DNA of 64,000 bases from Paraspadella gotoi (GCA_051294375.1 CM119271.1:6065991-6129990), one strand, 5' to 3'; shown: positions 34,401 through 46,747, counted from the first letter of the stretch. Numbers and translations are program-made. Notes: a model not told the origin generated them from the sequence alone.

Positions 34401-37400
34401 CTTTGTTGGAAACTCTCCCTCAATCTTTCTCTCTCTCTCTCTTTAACTCAATGTGTAGAGCAATTTTGCTAATGTTTTTTCAAAGCTAATGAAGACTCGA
34501 ACTAAGAGAGTGGAAACATGTACTATTAACAATAAAAATCGTTGTATTGGCAAAACATTAAACCTTTATCAAATATAAATTTTAAATAATTCAGAAACGG
34601 GGAATACGAGGAAGATTCTAGCGTTTTCGAAGGAGGCTCGCTGTCCCGACCGGATATGAAAAGGTACATGTACCTACATTGGTACATGCGTTATTTTTAC
34701 TTCTATGAGTCATTTTCATCATCGCAATCGCTTGCGCTTGCGACGAATATGGGACGATGTTCCCAATCAACGTCGTCGTCGTCGGCATTCCAAATTATAG
34801 ATCACCTTATTATAAAAGTGTGCAATTGTATAAAGCTGAAGATTTAGATATAGGCTTTCATCGTCAAGAATTTTTGAAATTGAGAAGCATATATTCCAAA
34901 TGTTTGATTTAATTTGGATTCACTTTACATTATGATTAACTGATTAACTGTAATATGCAAATTAGTATATAGTTTAGGAATTTTTTTTTTCCTCAGTTGC
35001 TGCGTTTTCTTATTCGTTGAGCTTTGCAGCGGTTGAGCTGAAAGTTTCGTGTCTCTCCCTCTCTCTCTTTCTTTGTTTTTATTTTAAAAAATGTCAGTAT
35101 GATGAGCGGGGTTTTCCGTCAGTTGCTCACCCTTCTGAGAGTATCTATATCGTAGGATTTAATGAGTCTTTAGAGATAAAGAACTGGAGGTAAGCAAAAG
35201 GCAAGCATCGGTTAAAGATAGTAACAACAATGACCTCTTTTTTTTCTTTTGTTTCTCTTAGTTTCACTTATTTTTCTTTCTATTTACTTATAGAATTTTG
35301 TGTCTGTTTGTCCATCTGTCATTTGATATTCCTTTTGTTCTTATACATATATTTATATATTTATTTATTTATAAAACTTAGATTTCCTGTATCAAATTTG
35401 ATTTTTTTGAGTATTAAAGTTTGTCATGGGTCCAGATTTTTTTTTAAATTTATTTTATCAATTTTGTTTTTCCTTTTTTTTAAGACAACGTCCTTCGACT
35501 CGCTCATCCTCCTCCTCGTCGAGCTCCTCTTCGGATTCGGAGGTGGAAGCGGGGCCCTTTTGCGGAGCCTCGAGGCCCAAGAGAAGCGGAGAGAAGAAAA
35601 GAAAAAAAGAGAAGAAAAGAAAGGAAGAAGCCGCAGCACGGAATGGACGGCGAGAGAATTCAAAGAAGAGAAAAGCAGAGATGGAGTTTTCTTCCGACGA
35701 AGAAGAAGATTACGGAAAGGTCTGTCTAACAAAAACCTTTTTTCCCCCTTCATCTCTGCCAATGATTAACATTCGGTGGCCTTCAGGTCGTTCTTCAATT
35801 TCCGTCGGGAGAGGGCTCGTCTTCCAATGGAGCAATCTCTCCTCGCTCGTCCACCTGTCGTGAGGCGTTGGAGGAGAACCTGGTCGACGAAGACAACGAC
35901 GAAAGGCTCGAGGTTCGGTTAACTTTCTCCTTTCAGCGTTTCGTTTCTTCCTTGGATCAATTCACTTTTTTCTCGGTCAGGATCCTGATGCTACTGACGC
36001 CACGGTCACTGTTGTCAAGCGCAGCAAAAAGAACGGCGGGACTTGGCCGCGCCAGAATGCCAATCCGACTGCGTGCTCAAGCGTGGCTTCGACGCACCCC
36101 AGAAGAGGGTGAGTTTTGAGTGTAGTATCTTTGCTTTGCTTTGCCCTTTGCTTAGAAAAAAAAAAGGATTCGTAACGTTTCTTGAGCCTGAGCTGAGGTA
36201 AAGTTAATAATGAACGGAGTAAAAAGACAGAATAATTGTTATTACGGGTCCAGCCCCAGGGCCCTGTATCTCTTGTCAGGGGTTGAATATCAAAATTCAC
36301 CTCGATAGTTCCATTTATATCGTCATCGAATTTCGATCGGGTTGTTTGTTGGGAACAGTTTCTGGTAACAAAAAACCACCACCTCATTTTATAACATGGA
36401 GCTTTCTTTAGATATTAAATTTTACATATTACATTTTACATATTACATTTTAATTTCTCTATGCAGTCGAAACTCGGAATCGAATCCTCCCGCCGCAAAA
36501 TCGCCGGTGAGGAACGAGGCTCCCTCCGGAAGCAGCGGGGACGTCGAAGTCCGTGTCGTTCATTCCTCTCGAGGGATGTCCGTTTCTGTCCTTCTGCCGT
36601 CTTCAACACCGGTACGTCGTGATCATTTTCTTTGCGCGATTTGTCGAGTTTCTTGAAACTTTAGCTCATAGTTCCGAGTGAACGGTAAGGCGTAGTAAAA
36701 TTTCTAAATTTAACTTTTATTAAAATTCTAAAAGTGAGAAACGAACAACATTATACTAATGAACATTTATGTATAAAAAAAATTTATAATAAATTTTACA
36801 ATTTACGCAGTAGGCCATATTTATACTAGTACTAATCCAATAAATGTTAAAATTTCAAAACAGTTTTTTCTAAGGTTTTTTTGCAGATTTGGATTCGTCA
36901 TAAAAAGTTGATAAAAAGAAATATAACTCTTTTTAAAAAATTCCTTCATTAAGTGGGTCAAAAATTAGAAAAAGCTATATTTTAAGCTGAAAATTAACTT
37001 TTTATATATTAAATATAGTTTTTGTAATTTTTAACCCACTTAATGAAAGAATTTTTAAAAATAATTTATATTTTCTTTTATCAACTTTTATCAAATCTGC
37101 AATCAAAATTAAGAAAAGCCTATTTTAAAATTTTTCGATTAAATATAGCCTACTGCGAAAATTAAAAAACATAAAATTAATTTTTTTTACAAATTAATGT
37201 TCACTGATGGTATGTTGTTCATAATTGACCTTTAGAATTTTCGTACGTAACTTTCACTACGCCTTAGTGAACGGGTTTAGAACGAGACGGATTTAACTGA
37301 ACAAATTGTTTACACACTTTTTTCTATTTAATTTTTGCCTTCAGAGTGGTCGATCAAGCAGCGCGCGCGATATTCGCAGCAACGCGCCTCTGCCGCCATC

Positions 37401-40400
37401 GCAAACGACAACCCTGCAAAGAAGGTGACTGAAGGCTGAAGCTAAACATTTAACAATTCTTAATCTATCTTTCTTTCATATCGTTTTTTTTTTTTTTTTC
37501 AGACGCCGACAGTCGGGAAATCGTCGAAACTCGTTGCCCGCGGCAACTCATCACGGCGTCCTCGGCGCTAACAACGCCGTCGCCTCGGCCTCTTTTCCAG
37601 ATGTGACCGAAGAGTCGACGCCGACAACGACGTCACCTCGGAAAGTTCCGTCGAGACGCGCCTCCGTCATACAGATCGATGACGAGGACGATGGCGTGGA
37701 AGAGAGCGGCGAGGAGTCGGACGAACCCTTGGTGGAGTTTGAGAGGATGTGCCCTGAACGAATTGTCGATTCGGGTGAGGCTTGTGCTGTTTGGTGCTGT
37801 TTTAAAAAAAGTGGTGTCGTAATCGACGTTCTCTATATCCATTATCCACCATTTTTAATAAGAAACTCGAATTCGAAAATTATTTTTAATGCTATTTACA
37901 GTACAACGACGTAAGTACAGTAAGGCGCAGTGAGCATAAGCCCATATTTATACATAGAAAATGTCAAAATTTTATAATAGTTTTTTTTTAATTTTGAAAG
38001 CAGATTCGAATTCCTCATAAAAAGTTGATAAAAGAATTAGAATATATGTCTTAATCAAAAATGATTTCATTAAGTTAGCCAAAAATTTTAAAAAATATAT
38101 ATTTTTTAGACTAAAATTTAATTATAAGTTAATTATAATAGTTAAATGAAATGAGTTATATTTCCTTAAATCAATTTTTCGTAAGGAATTCGAATCTGCT
38201 TTTAAAAATAGGAAAAAAACATTTTAAAATGTTGACATTTTCTATGGTGAGTACTATGTATAAATATGGGCTAATGCGTAAATTGAAAAATAAAAAATAC
38301 ATATTTTTTTTAATTAACAGGTACAAGCCTGTTCATGATCCACTATTCTAATATGGATTCTACTTGATTTTAATATTTTTGTTACGCTTTAATGTACATT
38401 GTACAGTTGTTCAATGTACATGAATAATAACCTAGTTGTAAACGGCATTTAAAATAATTTTATTATTTTAATTTCAAAAGCAAGAATGAAAACGATTAGA
38501 TATGCTAGGACCGGCGGGTCCTAACAGATATTAAAAATAGTGAACCGACTTTATTAACTCCCCAGACGACGTTGAAGAGCTAACTGAAGAAAGCTTAAAC
38601 GCAACTACTGTATTGGGAGATACGCCTGCTTCACCTGATGCCGTAACGGGTAAGTAAAAAAAAGCTAATGGTACAAGTTTGAAGACCTGAATATAGAGAT
38701 TCCTTAACCGTTAAAACGGTTAAAATTGTAATTAACTTTACTTTTTCTTTGTTTTAAAACTTTAAAAACCATTATCTTTCAATTAACAAATTATAAAAAA
38801 TTGGTACAACCAATATAAAATTAACCATCCATCCATTTATTTTAATTAATAAAAATACTTATCCTGATCAATCATTCATGTAAGAATTCTTAAAAATCTT
38901 ATAAAAATTATATTATTATATGCTGAATTATTTTAAATAAAAAATTAATTTCCATTAATTTCTATTAAATAATATTAATTTCCATTAATTTCTATTAAAT
39001 AATATTAATTAAAATTCATGATAATCATTAATTACAATAAAGGAAACTCTCGAACAGGAAGAATTAAAAATTAAGAATTAAAAAGCCAAAAAAAACCTAC
39101 AGTTATCAACCAAATCGACGACGACGCCCGGTTGGCTCGGCAACTGCAGGAAGAGTTTGACCGCGAGATGGCTACGACAATGGCCCAGGAGATGGAACGA
39201 CAAACCGTTGACCGCGACTTTTCCGTCGATAGAGATCTCGCGGGCGCTGGATCCTTCCGCTACACCGGTAGAGATGCCGAAGCGGTTCCGGGGGCTCCCG
39301 GCCCGTATTACGACTTGTCGACGAGAAGGTATGGAAATATAATAATTTCGTGAGTATTTTCTTTCTCAATTTTTTTTTTATAATTAAAAAGGCGAAACCT
39401 CTCCCGAGCATTGCTCAACTCTTCGACCCACGCGGGCGACGTTTCTCGGGCGCCCCACGCCCTTCGTCGCGCCGGTGCAATCATGCCGGTCGATTTCCTG
39501 TCACTGGCGCCGTTCGAGAACGAAGACGAGGACGAACAACTGGATGCGCTGTTCGACGAAGACAGCAACGACACGAATCGAATGGGCTTTGATGGTAAAG
39601 CTCCCTTCTCTTGTTTACATTCGTAAAAAACGAATATCTTGCCTGCTATTCCTGTGTGCATTAACTACATAATATTTTCGATAAAAATTTTCAGCCGCCA
39701 TTCCCTCTACTTCCACGGCGTTTACTCATCGTTCGCCGCCACCGTTCGAAGACTCTCGGAATCGTCGACATTCTCGCGCTCTGTCGAGAGGGCCCGAGGG
39801 AAGAGCGAGCTCCTCCCGGAGAGGAGCGCAACCATTAGGTAATGCCGGGTATTAGACCCTTTGACGGATCTGTTTTTAAACCAAGACTGTATTCGTATTA
39901 GGATTGAGCTCTCGGGGACAACGTTCCTCCTCGTTCGCGGAGGAGGAAGATGAAAGCAGGGAGGACGAACCTATGGATGTCGACTCAACGGGGCCTTTAC
40001 ATGAAAATCTCAATCTTGGTAAGTTGTCTTCTTTCTCTTATCGTTTTCTTTTTCACATTACTTTTCTTTCATTTTTTTAAATTGGGTTCATTTTTCGATT
40101 AAACGTTCCGCAGACTCGTCAAGCCAGTCAACCTCCCAGGTTGCCGCCGGCGCGCCCCGCCGAAGCAGGCGCCTTCTCCGCGGCCTTTCCGGTTCTAGTC
40201 TCCTCATCCCCGCAGGAGGCGGCGTCAGTGCGCGGGGGGCCGAGAACGTCCGGTCGTCGTCCTCACCTCTATCTTCCTCGCTTAACGATATCGTGATTCC
40301 ACTTAACCGCGTCAACCCGACAAAGTAAGTCTTCACATGATAATAGCTAATTTTTGACCTCTCGCGCTACGCTCAGTCCCAGACGGTCTTGTGAGAAATA

Positions 40401-42105
40401 AGTTATGCAATGTAAAAAGTGGTAAAAAGTTACGTAATTTAAAAAGTGGCTTATTTGTAAACGGTGGTTTTCATGCGTTCACAGCATGGGGGGAAGACTG
40501 CGTCGCTTTCGTCCTCAATTTTCATTCCATTTGTATTTCATTTCTTGTTTTTAGCTCCAGAAGTGGCACACCCACTTCGGTTGATAGGGGCATTTTATCC
40601 GCCGCTCGTGGAATCTTGCGCGGTCGGCTCGCACGCGCAAACCTGACTTCGTCCACCCCAACGTTAAGCACCCTGGGGATGAGCGCCGCCTCAACTACGG
40701 CATCCAGAGGGTGAGTTTATTTGTGAAATTTTTGAATTACTGTAGAATGTGAAAAATTGAACTGAAGCGTGTTACATGGCTGATTTCTTAATTTCAGATC
40801 CCGCCCGTTGGCAACGTCCCGATCGCCCACAGGGAGAGCCACTCGCCTTTCTCAACGCACCCGCGGGGTCAGCGACTCTCGCGTGGAACAGCCTTCCGAG
40901 GAGGAGGAAGACGGCGTCGAGGAATCCACCGGAAGTAGCGTCCCTTGTGCCGCATGCGAAGCCATTCAGGGGCGCATCCAGACTTACCTCGAGCATGTCC
41001 GGAATCTCCAGGAGACCCCTGTCGAGGGCTACGACGCCAATTTTGAGCGAATGCGTGTCACGACGCAGTTGATGCGACAGACGAACGAGGTTTTTCTGAA
41101 AGTTACGGCCGCACTAAAAAGGGCCTGTGTAAAAAATTTTCGATTTTTACAGGCCATGCGAGAATGGCGTGCCCACACTAGCGAGGCTTCGCACCACAGT
41201 CTGGAGGAAAGATCTCACCGACTTAACACGATGTCAAGCATCTACCGTCAGATCAGTGACATCATCCAGGGCGCCGTGAGGGGCTTAGCGCCGGGAACGC
41301 CCCTCTCGAGCTCCCGGAGCCGGTCTCGCCAAACTCGGCGCGGATCCGGTGGCTCCAATTCGCGGTCACTTACTGCGGAAGCCGGCCCGTCAACTTCATC
41401 GGGGACATCAAGAGCGACGGGGCGCCGTCGGTGAGGGACATAAGAATAGGGAGCAGTTAAAATATTGGTTATTTTGATATTGTGAACAATCTAAGCTTTA
41501 TTTATTTTATTCAGTTATCCCGTCGAATTCAACTTGAACCGCCGCCCTCGAACCCCCGGCCCCGTCGGCTTTCCTATGCCGCGGGTCTTCATTGGCCAGT
41601 TTCCTGGAACAGCGGCAGCGGGACTCGTCTCATTGGCTAACTTCGACTACGAGTCACTGTTACGCCTGGGTGACATCATGGGCGAAGTGGCTCCGAGAGG
41701 ATTGTCGCAGACACAGATTAATCGATTACCCACTCAAGTCTTCGATGGCACGGTTCGTCTCATGCAGATTTTTTCCACATTTTTATAAGAGTTCGTTCTA
41801 TTTTGGTTTTTGTTTCTTAGAAAAATGCATCCGCCTCATCTGAAGAACATGAAGATCGGAAGCAATGCCACGTGTGTTTGACCGAGTACGACGATGGGGA
41901 ACAGCTCAGGATCCTTCCTTGCTTTCATCGATTTCACTCAAGTGGGTGAACAGTAGATTCGGTTTGTCTTTTAAAAATAAAATTATTTAAATCCATTTTT
42001 ACCTAGATTTTTAAATTTTGTTTTTTTAAAGGCTGCATCGACGAATGGATCAAATCCAATCCGACTTGTCCTTTGTGCAGAGTCAGAGTTGAATTCGATG
42101 ATTAA
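31497..42105 (+). CDS. RING-H2 E3 ubiquitin ligase (RNF38/RNF44/RNF111-like C-terminus) with long disordered N-terminus; multi-exon, 5' boundary uncertain
   Basis: Last exons encode [29 protein letters not shown] and [41 protein letters not shown], with stop at 42103-42105. Many short GT-AG exons lie upstream. The start codon could not be fixed. Confidence 0.75.
33090..34576 (-). mobile_element. 5'-truncated, frameshifted Penelope-like retroelement (RT C-terminus + GIY-YIG endonuclease) bounded by ~78-bp inverted pLTR segments
   Basis: [29 protein letters not shown]; GAVY..C..C..YV; SAIAEH...GH...[17 protein letters not shown]. Segment 33090-33169 is the reverse complement of 34497-34576. 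Confidence 0.88.
34486..34523 (+). ncRNA. Minimal Penelope-type hammerhead ribozyme, degenerate
   Basis: CTAATGA-A-GACTC-loop-GAGTG-GAAAC-ATGT-A, with palindromic stem III ACATGT. The core has CTAATGA instead of CTGATGA. Confidence 0.65.
36686..37266. mobile_element. hAT-type MITE
   Basis: TIR TAAGGCGTAGT/ACTACGCCTTA; perfect 8-bp TSD GTGAACGG (36678-36685, 37267-37274); long internal inverted arms. Confidence 0.9.
37921..38391. mobile_element. Older copy of the same hAT-type MITE family
   Basis: Ends taaggcgcagt / gttacgcttta, internal similarity to 36686-37266, imperfect 8-bp flanks aagtacag/atgtacat. Confidence 0.65.
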
Positions 42106-42692
42106 TCGGTTCCCACGAGAATTTGTTTGGCTTTTCTGCAATATCAACACGTCGACACTTGAGTTATTGTTTTACTTGAGACGCACTTCGTTATTGGTTG
42201 TCACCGGTTTTTTTTATAAAAATGAGAATATTGTTAATATTTAATATTAGTTATCATTTGATTTGATTTTTGAGCACAAATGCCGTGTGGCACTTCGTTA
42301 ACCGTAATTCGATATCATTTTTTAATGCTGCTATGCTAATCTATGAGTAGTGTTAAAAATTGGAGGGACTTTTGTACTGGTTATGTTTCACGATTTATGA
42401 GCATTTAAGATGAAACATTCTATTTAGTCACGTTTGTAAGTGGCGATTTAGAATTTTCAAGGCCGCCGTGCCGCTTCTGTCGTAGATTTTCAAAATAAGG
42501 GCCCATAAATGAAAAAAAATTTTGGGTTCGATTAAATTTACCTGTTAGAAAGTTATTAATATTGTTTACGTTGATTGAATCACTACACTATTTAATAGTA
42601 TTTTTATTTATAAATTGTTTTTGGTTTTAAAATATTACATTTGGTCATGAAAAAAATTTTGTTCCTTAGGCACACTTTCAGCGTAAAAATAA

Positions 42693-43085
42693 ATGTTTCG
42701 TGTTGCGGTTGTCAAAAAACGTTTAACTTCTCGTAATGAAGGACTTGGTCAAGCAGCAATAAAGGCATTTCACAATCAAGGACTCAATGCTGCCTATCAC
42801 AAATTGGACCTTGATTCGGAACAGCATCTCCCGCTTTGCATATTTCCTTTTAAAAAGCATGATGGCTTTTACGTTCTTATCTTTTTGATAAAGCAAAAAA
42901 TCATGCTGATAAAGGTTGGCCCAAATTTGCTTATGGAGGTTCCAAGATGGGAAATGATGTAATTTTTAGTTCTTGTCCCGGCCATTTCGATACTAATATG
43001 AGCCCCAGACCTGCTGATGTTGCTATTTTTTTGGCTACACTGCCTCCCAAGTGGAACGAGGACGGTTTTGGGCTGAGAGAAAACT
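42693..43085 (+). pseudogene. Decayed tandem duplicate of the carbonyl reductase gene
   Basis: Colinear blocks match 44087-44920 (LTSRNEGLGQAA..GLNAAYHKLDLDSEQ; GNDVIFSSCPG..DT.MS.PRPADVAIFLATLPPK), with large deletions and frameshifts. Confidence 0.88.
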
Positions 43086-43453
43086 TTATCAGTGGAAACG
43101 CTAATTGCCATAACCAATGTAAAGATTCCCGTAATTCTATTTCTCATCAAAATATTCTTTATTACCCAATTCCTGACATAGTCATTTCTGACCCTTTACA
43201 TATTCTTATTACCTAATTATGCAACTTGTTTTACCATTTTAAATTTTATTAATGATTTGAATAATTTCAATCTAAATTTTGTGATTTAATTTTCATTCCA
43301 ACTTTAAAAGACTTTAAAAGAGACTGGCGTTTTACCCGATTACTATCTGCGATATTGATACTCTCAGAAAGAGAGAGAGACGGAAAACCCCGCTCATCAC
43401 CTATTTTTATTTTGTAGTCGGGCATTGCATATGTTCACCCCGCCTTCAATCGT

Positions 43454-43680
43454 GATCCTGTGGCTCATTGAGTAAAGCCAGAAGCTCATGACCACTAGGT
43501 ACCGGGTTCAATCCCGTCCTCACGGTTCAATCCCAACCCGATACCTGACCTGTGGGGAGCTTGAGGACGGCCGTAAACTGCTTTGGGGGCGTGGAAAACC
43601 CTCAGGCCTGGTTCCAAGCCCAGGACCTGTTCCATCGCTTTAAGAGGGGTTAAAGAAGTTCCGGATTGCACTCTTCAGCC
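43454..43680 (+). mobile_element. tRNA(Met-like)-derived SINE-like element (family 4) with type-P5 twister motif (~43552-43635)
   Basis: A box TGGCTCATTGAG (43461), CTCATGA loop, B box GGTTCAATCCC (43505, duplicated at 43524). Then GA-GGA, CGGCCG, TAA, ACT-GC, P3 TTTGGGGG/CCCTCAGG, P4 CCTGG/CCAGG with loop TTCCAAGC. Confidence 0.78.
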
Positions 43681-44086
43681 CACTTTTTTTTGTGTTTTGT
43701 TCGGTTAATTTTAGATTTAAACTATTAAGAATATGTTTCTGTGAATGGGACAGTTTATACATCATACTTTTTTTGTTATGGTTTTTCATTTTCATTAATT
43801 CATTCATAAACCTTAGAAATAATTTTTCAGATAATCTTTCTTAGTTTTATTGCCAATTTTTACAATATTTTAAACGTTTATTAAGACAATTGCTTCTTAG
43901 TTACTTTTTTTCAGTGTATATATACACTGAAAATATATCCTTTTTTTTTATTTTTAATTTTTAGATATAAATAGTAGAAATGTGGAATAATTTACTCTTT
44001 AGCAACTCGTTTAATTACTACTATTTTATATTATTTATAATAATTTTTTTTCATAGCTATCTTCTCGGACTTTGCATATAATAACT

Positions 44087-44920
44087 ATGTCTCGCATTGC
44101 GGTTGTAACTGGAGCCAATAAAGGCATAGGATTTTCCATTGTCAAAATTCTTTTAAAAACCCAAGCATCAGATGTTGTATATTTAACATCTCGTAATGAA
44201 GAGCTTGGACAAGCTGCATTAAAGGATTTACAAAAGGAAGGTCTGAACGCTGCCTACCACCAACTGGACCTTGATTCGGAGCAGAGCATCTCTCACTTTG
44301 CAGATTTCATCAAAGAAAAACACGGTGGCTTGGATGTGCTCATTAATAATGCTGGCATAGCTTACAAGCAAGCTTCCACTGCGCCCTTCGAAGAACAGGC
44401 TGAAGTCACAAGCAAAACCAACTATTTTGGAACTGTTAATGTTTGCAAAGCTTTGGTTCCCCTGATAAGGGATGGCGGGAGGGTTGTTTTTGTGAGTTCT
44501 CGAGGTGGTCACATGGCCTATTCTAAGTCATCCTCAAGCATTCAAGACCGTTTTGACAACAAGGAGTTGTCTCTAGAGGAGCTTTCAGATTTGATAAATT
44601 CCTTTATCGCCGCTACCAAAGAAAAAAATCATACTGATAAAGGTTGGCCCAATTCTGCTTATGGGGTTTCCAAGATGGGCATGTCGACGCTCTGCCGCAT
44701 AATGCAACGTGACTACGACGAAGCTCACCCAGGAAACGACGTGATTTTCAGCTCTTGTTGTCCCGGCTATTGTGATACGGACATGAGCTCTCATAAGGGT
44801 CCTAGACCGGCTGACGAAGGGGCTGACGTTGCCATTTTTTTGGCCACCTTGCCTCCTAAGTCCGGGGCTGCACGCGGACAGTTTTGGGCAGAAAGAGAAC
44901 TTCATCCGTGGAAACGTTGA
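44087..44920 (+). CDS. Carbonyl reductase [NADPH] (CBR1/3-like SDR), intronless CDS
   Basis: VTGANKGIG Rossmann motif, LINNAG, catalytic YGVSK, CCPGYCDTDM. Confidence 0.95.
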   Translation: MSRIAVVTGANKGIGFSIVKILLKTQASDVVYLTSRNEELGQAALKDLQKEGLNAAYHQLDLDSEQSISHFADFIKEKHGGLDVLINNAGIAYKQASTAPFEEQAEVTSKTNYFGTVNVCKALVPLIRDGGRVVFVSSRGGHMAYSKSSSSIQDRFDNKELSLEELSDLINSFIAATKEKNHTDKGWPNSAYGVSKMGMSTLCRIMQRDYDEAHPGNDVIFSSCCPGYCDTDMSSHKGPRPADEGADVAIFLATLPPKSGAARGQFWAERELHPWKR

Positions 44921-45245
44921 CTCGTCTCTCCGAAAGAAACTTGAACGAACATAATGTTCTATGGGCCATAGTAAATGCGCCCGGTCCCGTCTGTTTCGTT
45001 TTCATACTTTTTCTGTGATAGTTTACTTTGGCACCAGATTTATGTAGCTATTAAAAAAAATTCACTTTAGTTTTTGGGAAATGTAAGTTCTGCTTTGTGG
45101 TACTGGAAAAAAAAATTATTGATTGCACTGGTCATGGCTTTACTAATTTTTAATCGTTCAATTAACGCCCTTTTAATGGAATTTTATATTTTCAGCTTCA
45201 TGGCCATTACTGATTAGTAATTGTATAAAAAACGTCGAGAATAAG

Positions 45246-46747
45246 ATGGCGACCCAAGAGGTTACCGAGACCCCTCCACACGAAAAGATCCGTCCTCAGT
45301 TCGGAAATCGATACTTGACTGATAAGACGCAAGTTTTTCAGCATAATGCTTGGGACGACGTCGAGTGGGACGAAGAACTCTTGAACGAAGCCAAGAAAAG
45401 AGTCGAATCCAATTCTGCCACCTTCGTTTCTCCCGACCGCAAAATGGAGCTTGAACGAGAAGCACCCGCGCAATGGGACAAATTTTACGCTATTCACGAC
45501 AATCGCTTTTTCAAAGACAGGAACTGGCTCTTCACGGAATTTCCCGAACTGGGTTCCTCCGATAACTCTTCGTCCATGTCCAAAACCCGCTTCAACGTGC
45601 TCGAAGTCGGTTGCGGCGCGGGCAATACCGTATTTCCTATCCTGGCGACGAATCCCGACGAGAATCTCTTCGTGTTTTGCTGCGATTTTTCTCAAGTCGC
45701 CGTCGATATAGTCGCTAATCACGAGTCGTACGACGAACGACGGTGCCGCGCCTTTCGTTGGGATTTGACGGAAACGGATAAGGATTTGCCGATGGAAGAT
45801 GAGAGCATAGGTGAGGGTTGCTTTGATTTTAACATAGTCCCAGGGGCGGCGAGAGGGGGGTTTCATTCGCCTCAAGTGAAGGGCCCGGGCCCCAGGGGGG
45901 GCGGGATTGGCCTGAGAAAATAGAAAAAAGAAAAAAAGAAGGGATGAAAAAGGAAAAATAAAAGGAATTGAGTGATTATGAAATGACAGGTTGCAAGTCC
46001 TGGAGCCAGAAGTTTGAGCACTGGAGCAATTTTCAAGGCAGAAAGTCGGTAATCAAAAATTAAAAAACTAAAATTATGGAAAGCGAGGTCTTTTTAGAAA
46101 ATCAGGCAGTGTGGGGGGGGGGGCGGCTAGGAGACCAGAGGGGGGCCCGCCATTTCTCTCGCCGACCCTGCATAGTCTGTGTCTTTTTAGTTTCTTCCGA
46201 GTCTGTTCTTAGTCACATTTTGTTGGATCTATCCGCGGACCTTGTGTTTAAAAAAAACAAAAAAAAACTGAATGATCGGTCATTGAATCTCTAATGAAAG
46301 AGCTGTTAAAAAGGGAGTCTGTCAAATACAATAGGTTGGGGCTCGCTCTCTCTCTCTCACAAAATAAAAAGTGAAAACTTATTTTCAGATTTGATTACTC
46401 TGCTCTTCGTCCTCTCGGCCATCGATCCAGCAAACTTTCACCGTGTAGTTTCCCGGCTCGCCCGTCTCCTCCGACCCGGCGGAAAAATTCTATTCCGCGA
46501 CTACGGACGCTACGACATGGCGCAGTTGCGCTTCAAACCAGGCAGCGCCATCTCCGAAAACTTTTACGTCCGCGGCGACGGAACTCGCGTCTACTTCTTC
46601 ACCGAGGCGGAAACTCGAGCCCTCTTTGTCGGCGCGGGATTGGAGGAGGAAATGAACGCCAGTGACAAACGATTACAAGTCAATCGGGGAAAGCAGCTTA
46701 AGATGTATCGCGTCTGGCTTCAGTGCAAATTCAGAAAACCTTTGTAA
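45246..46747 (+). CDS. METTL2: tRNA m3C32 methyltransferase METTL2; exons 45246-45810 and 46389-46747
   Basis: [68 protein letters not shown]. Confidence 0.93.
45841..46170. mobile_element. hAT-type MITE in the METTL2 intron
   Basis: TIR CAGGGGCGGCGAGAG / CTCTCGCCGACCCTG (14/15); 8-bp TSD catagtcc / catagtct. Confidence 0.85.

Noticed and set aside
35099-35155. C/D snoRNA candidate (ATGATGA...CTGA)
   Set aside because: Too short, and a reverse-complement relative occurs at ~43345-43400, so it is better explained as an interspersed repeat.
36244-36290. Twister-like P4 (GGG-TCCAGC-CCC)
   Set aside because: Loop is 2 nt short and no GA-T1/TAA/P2 elements are found upstream.
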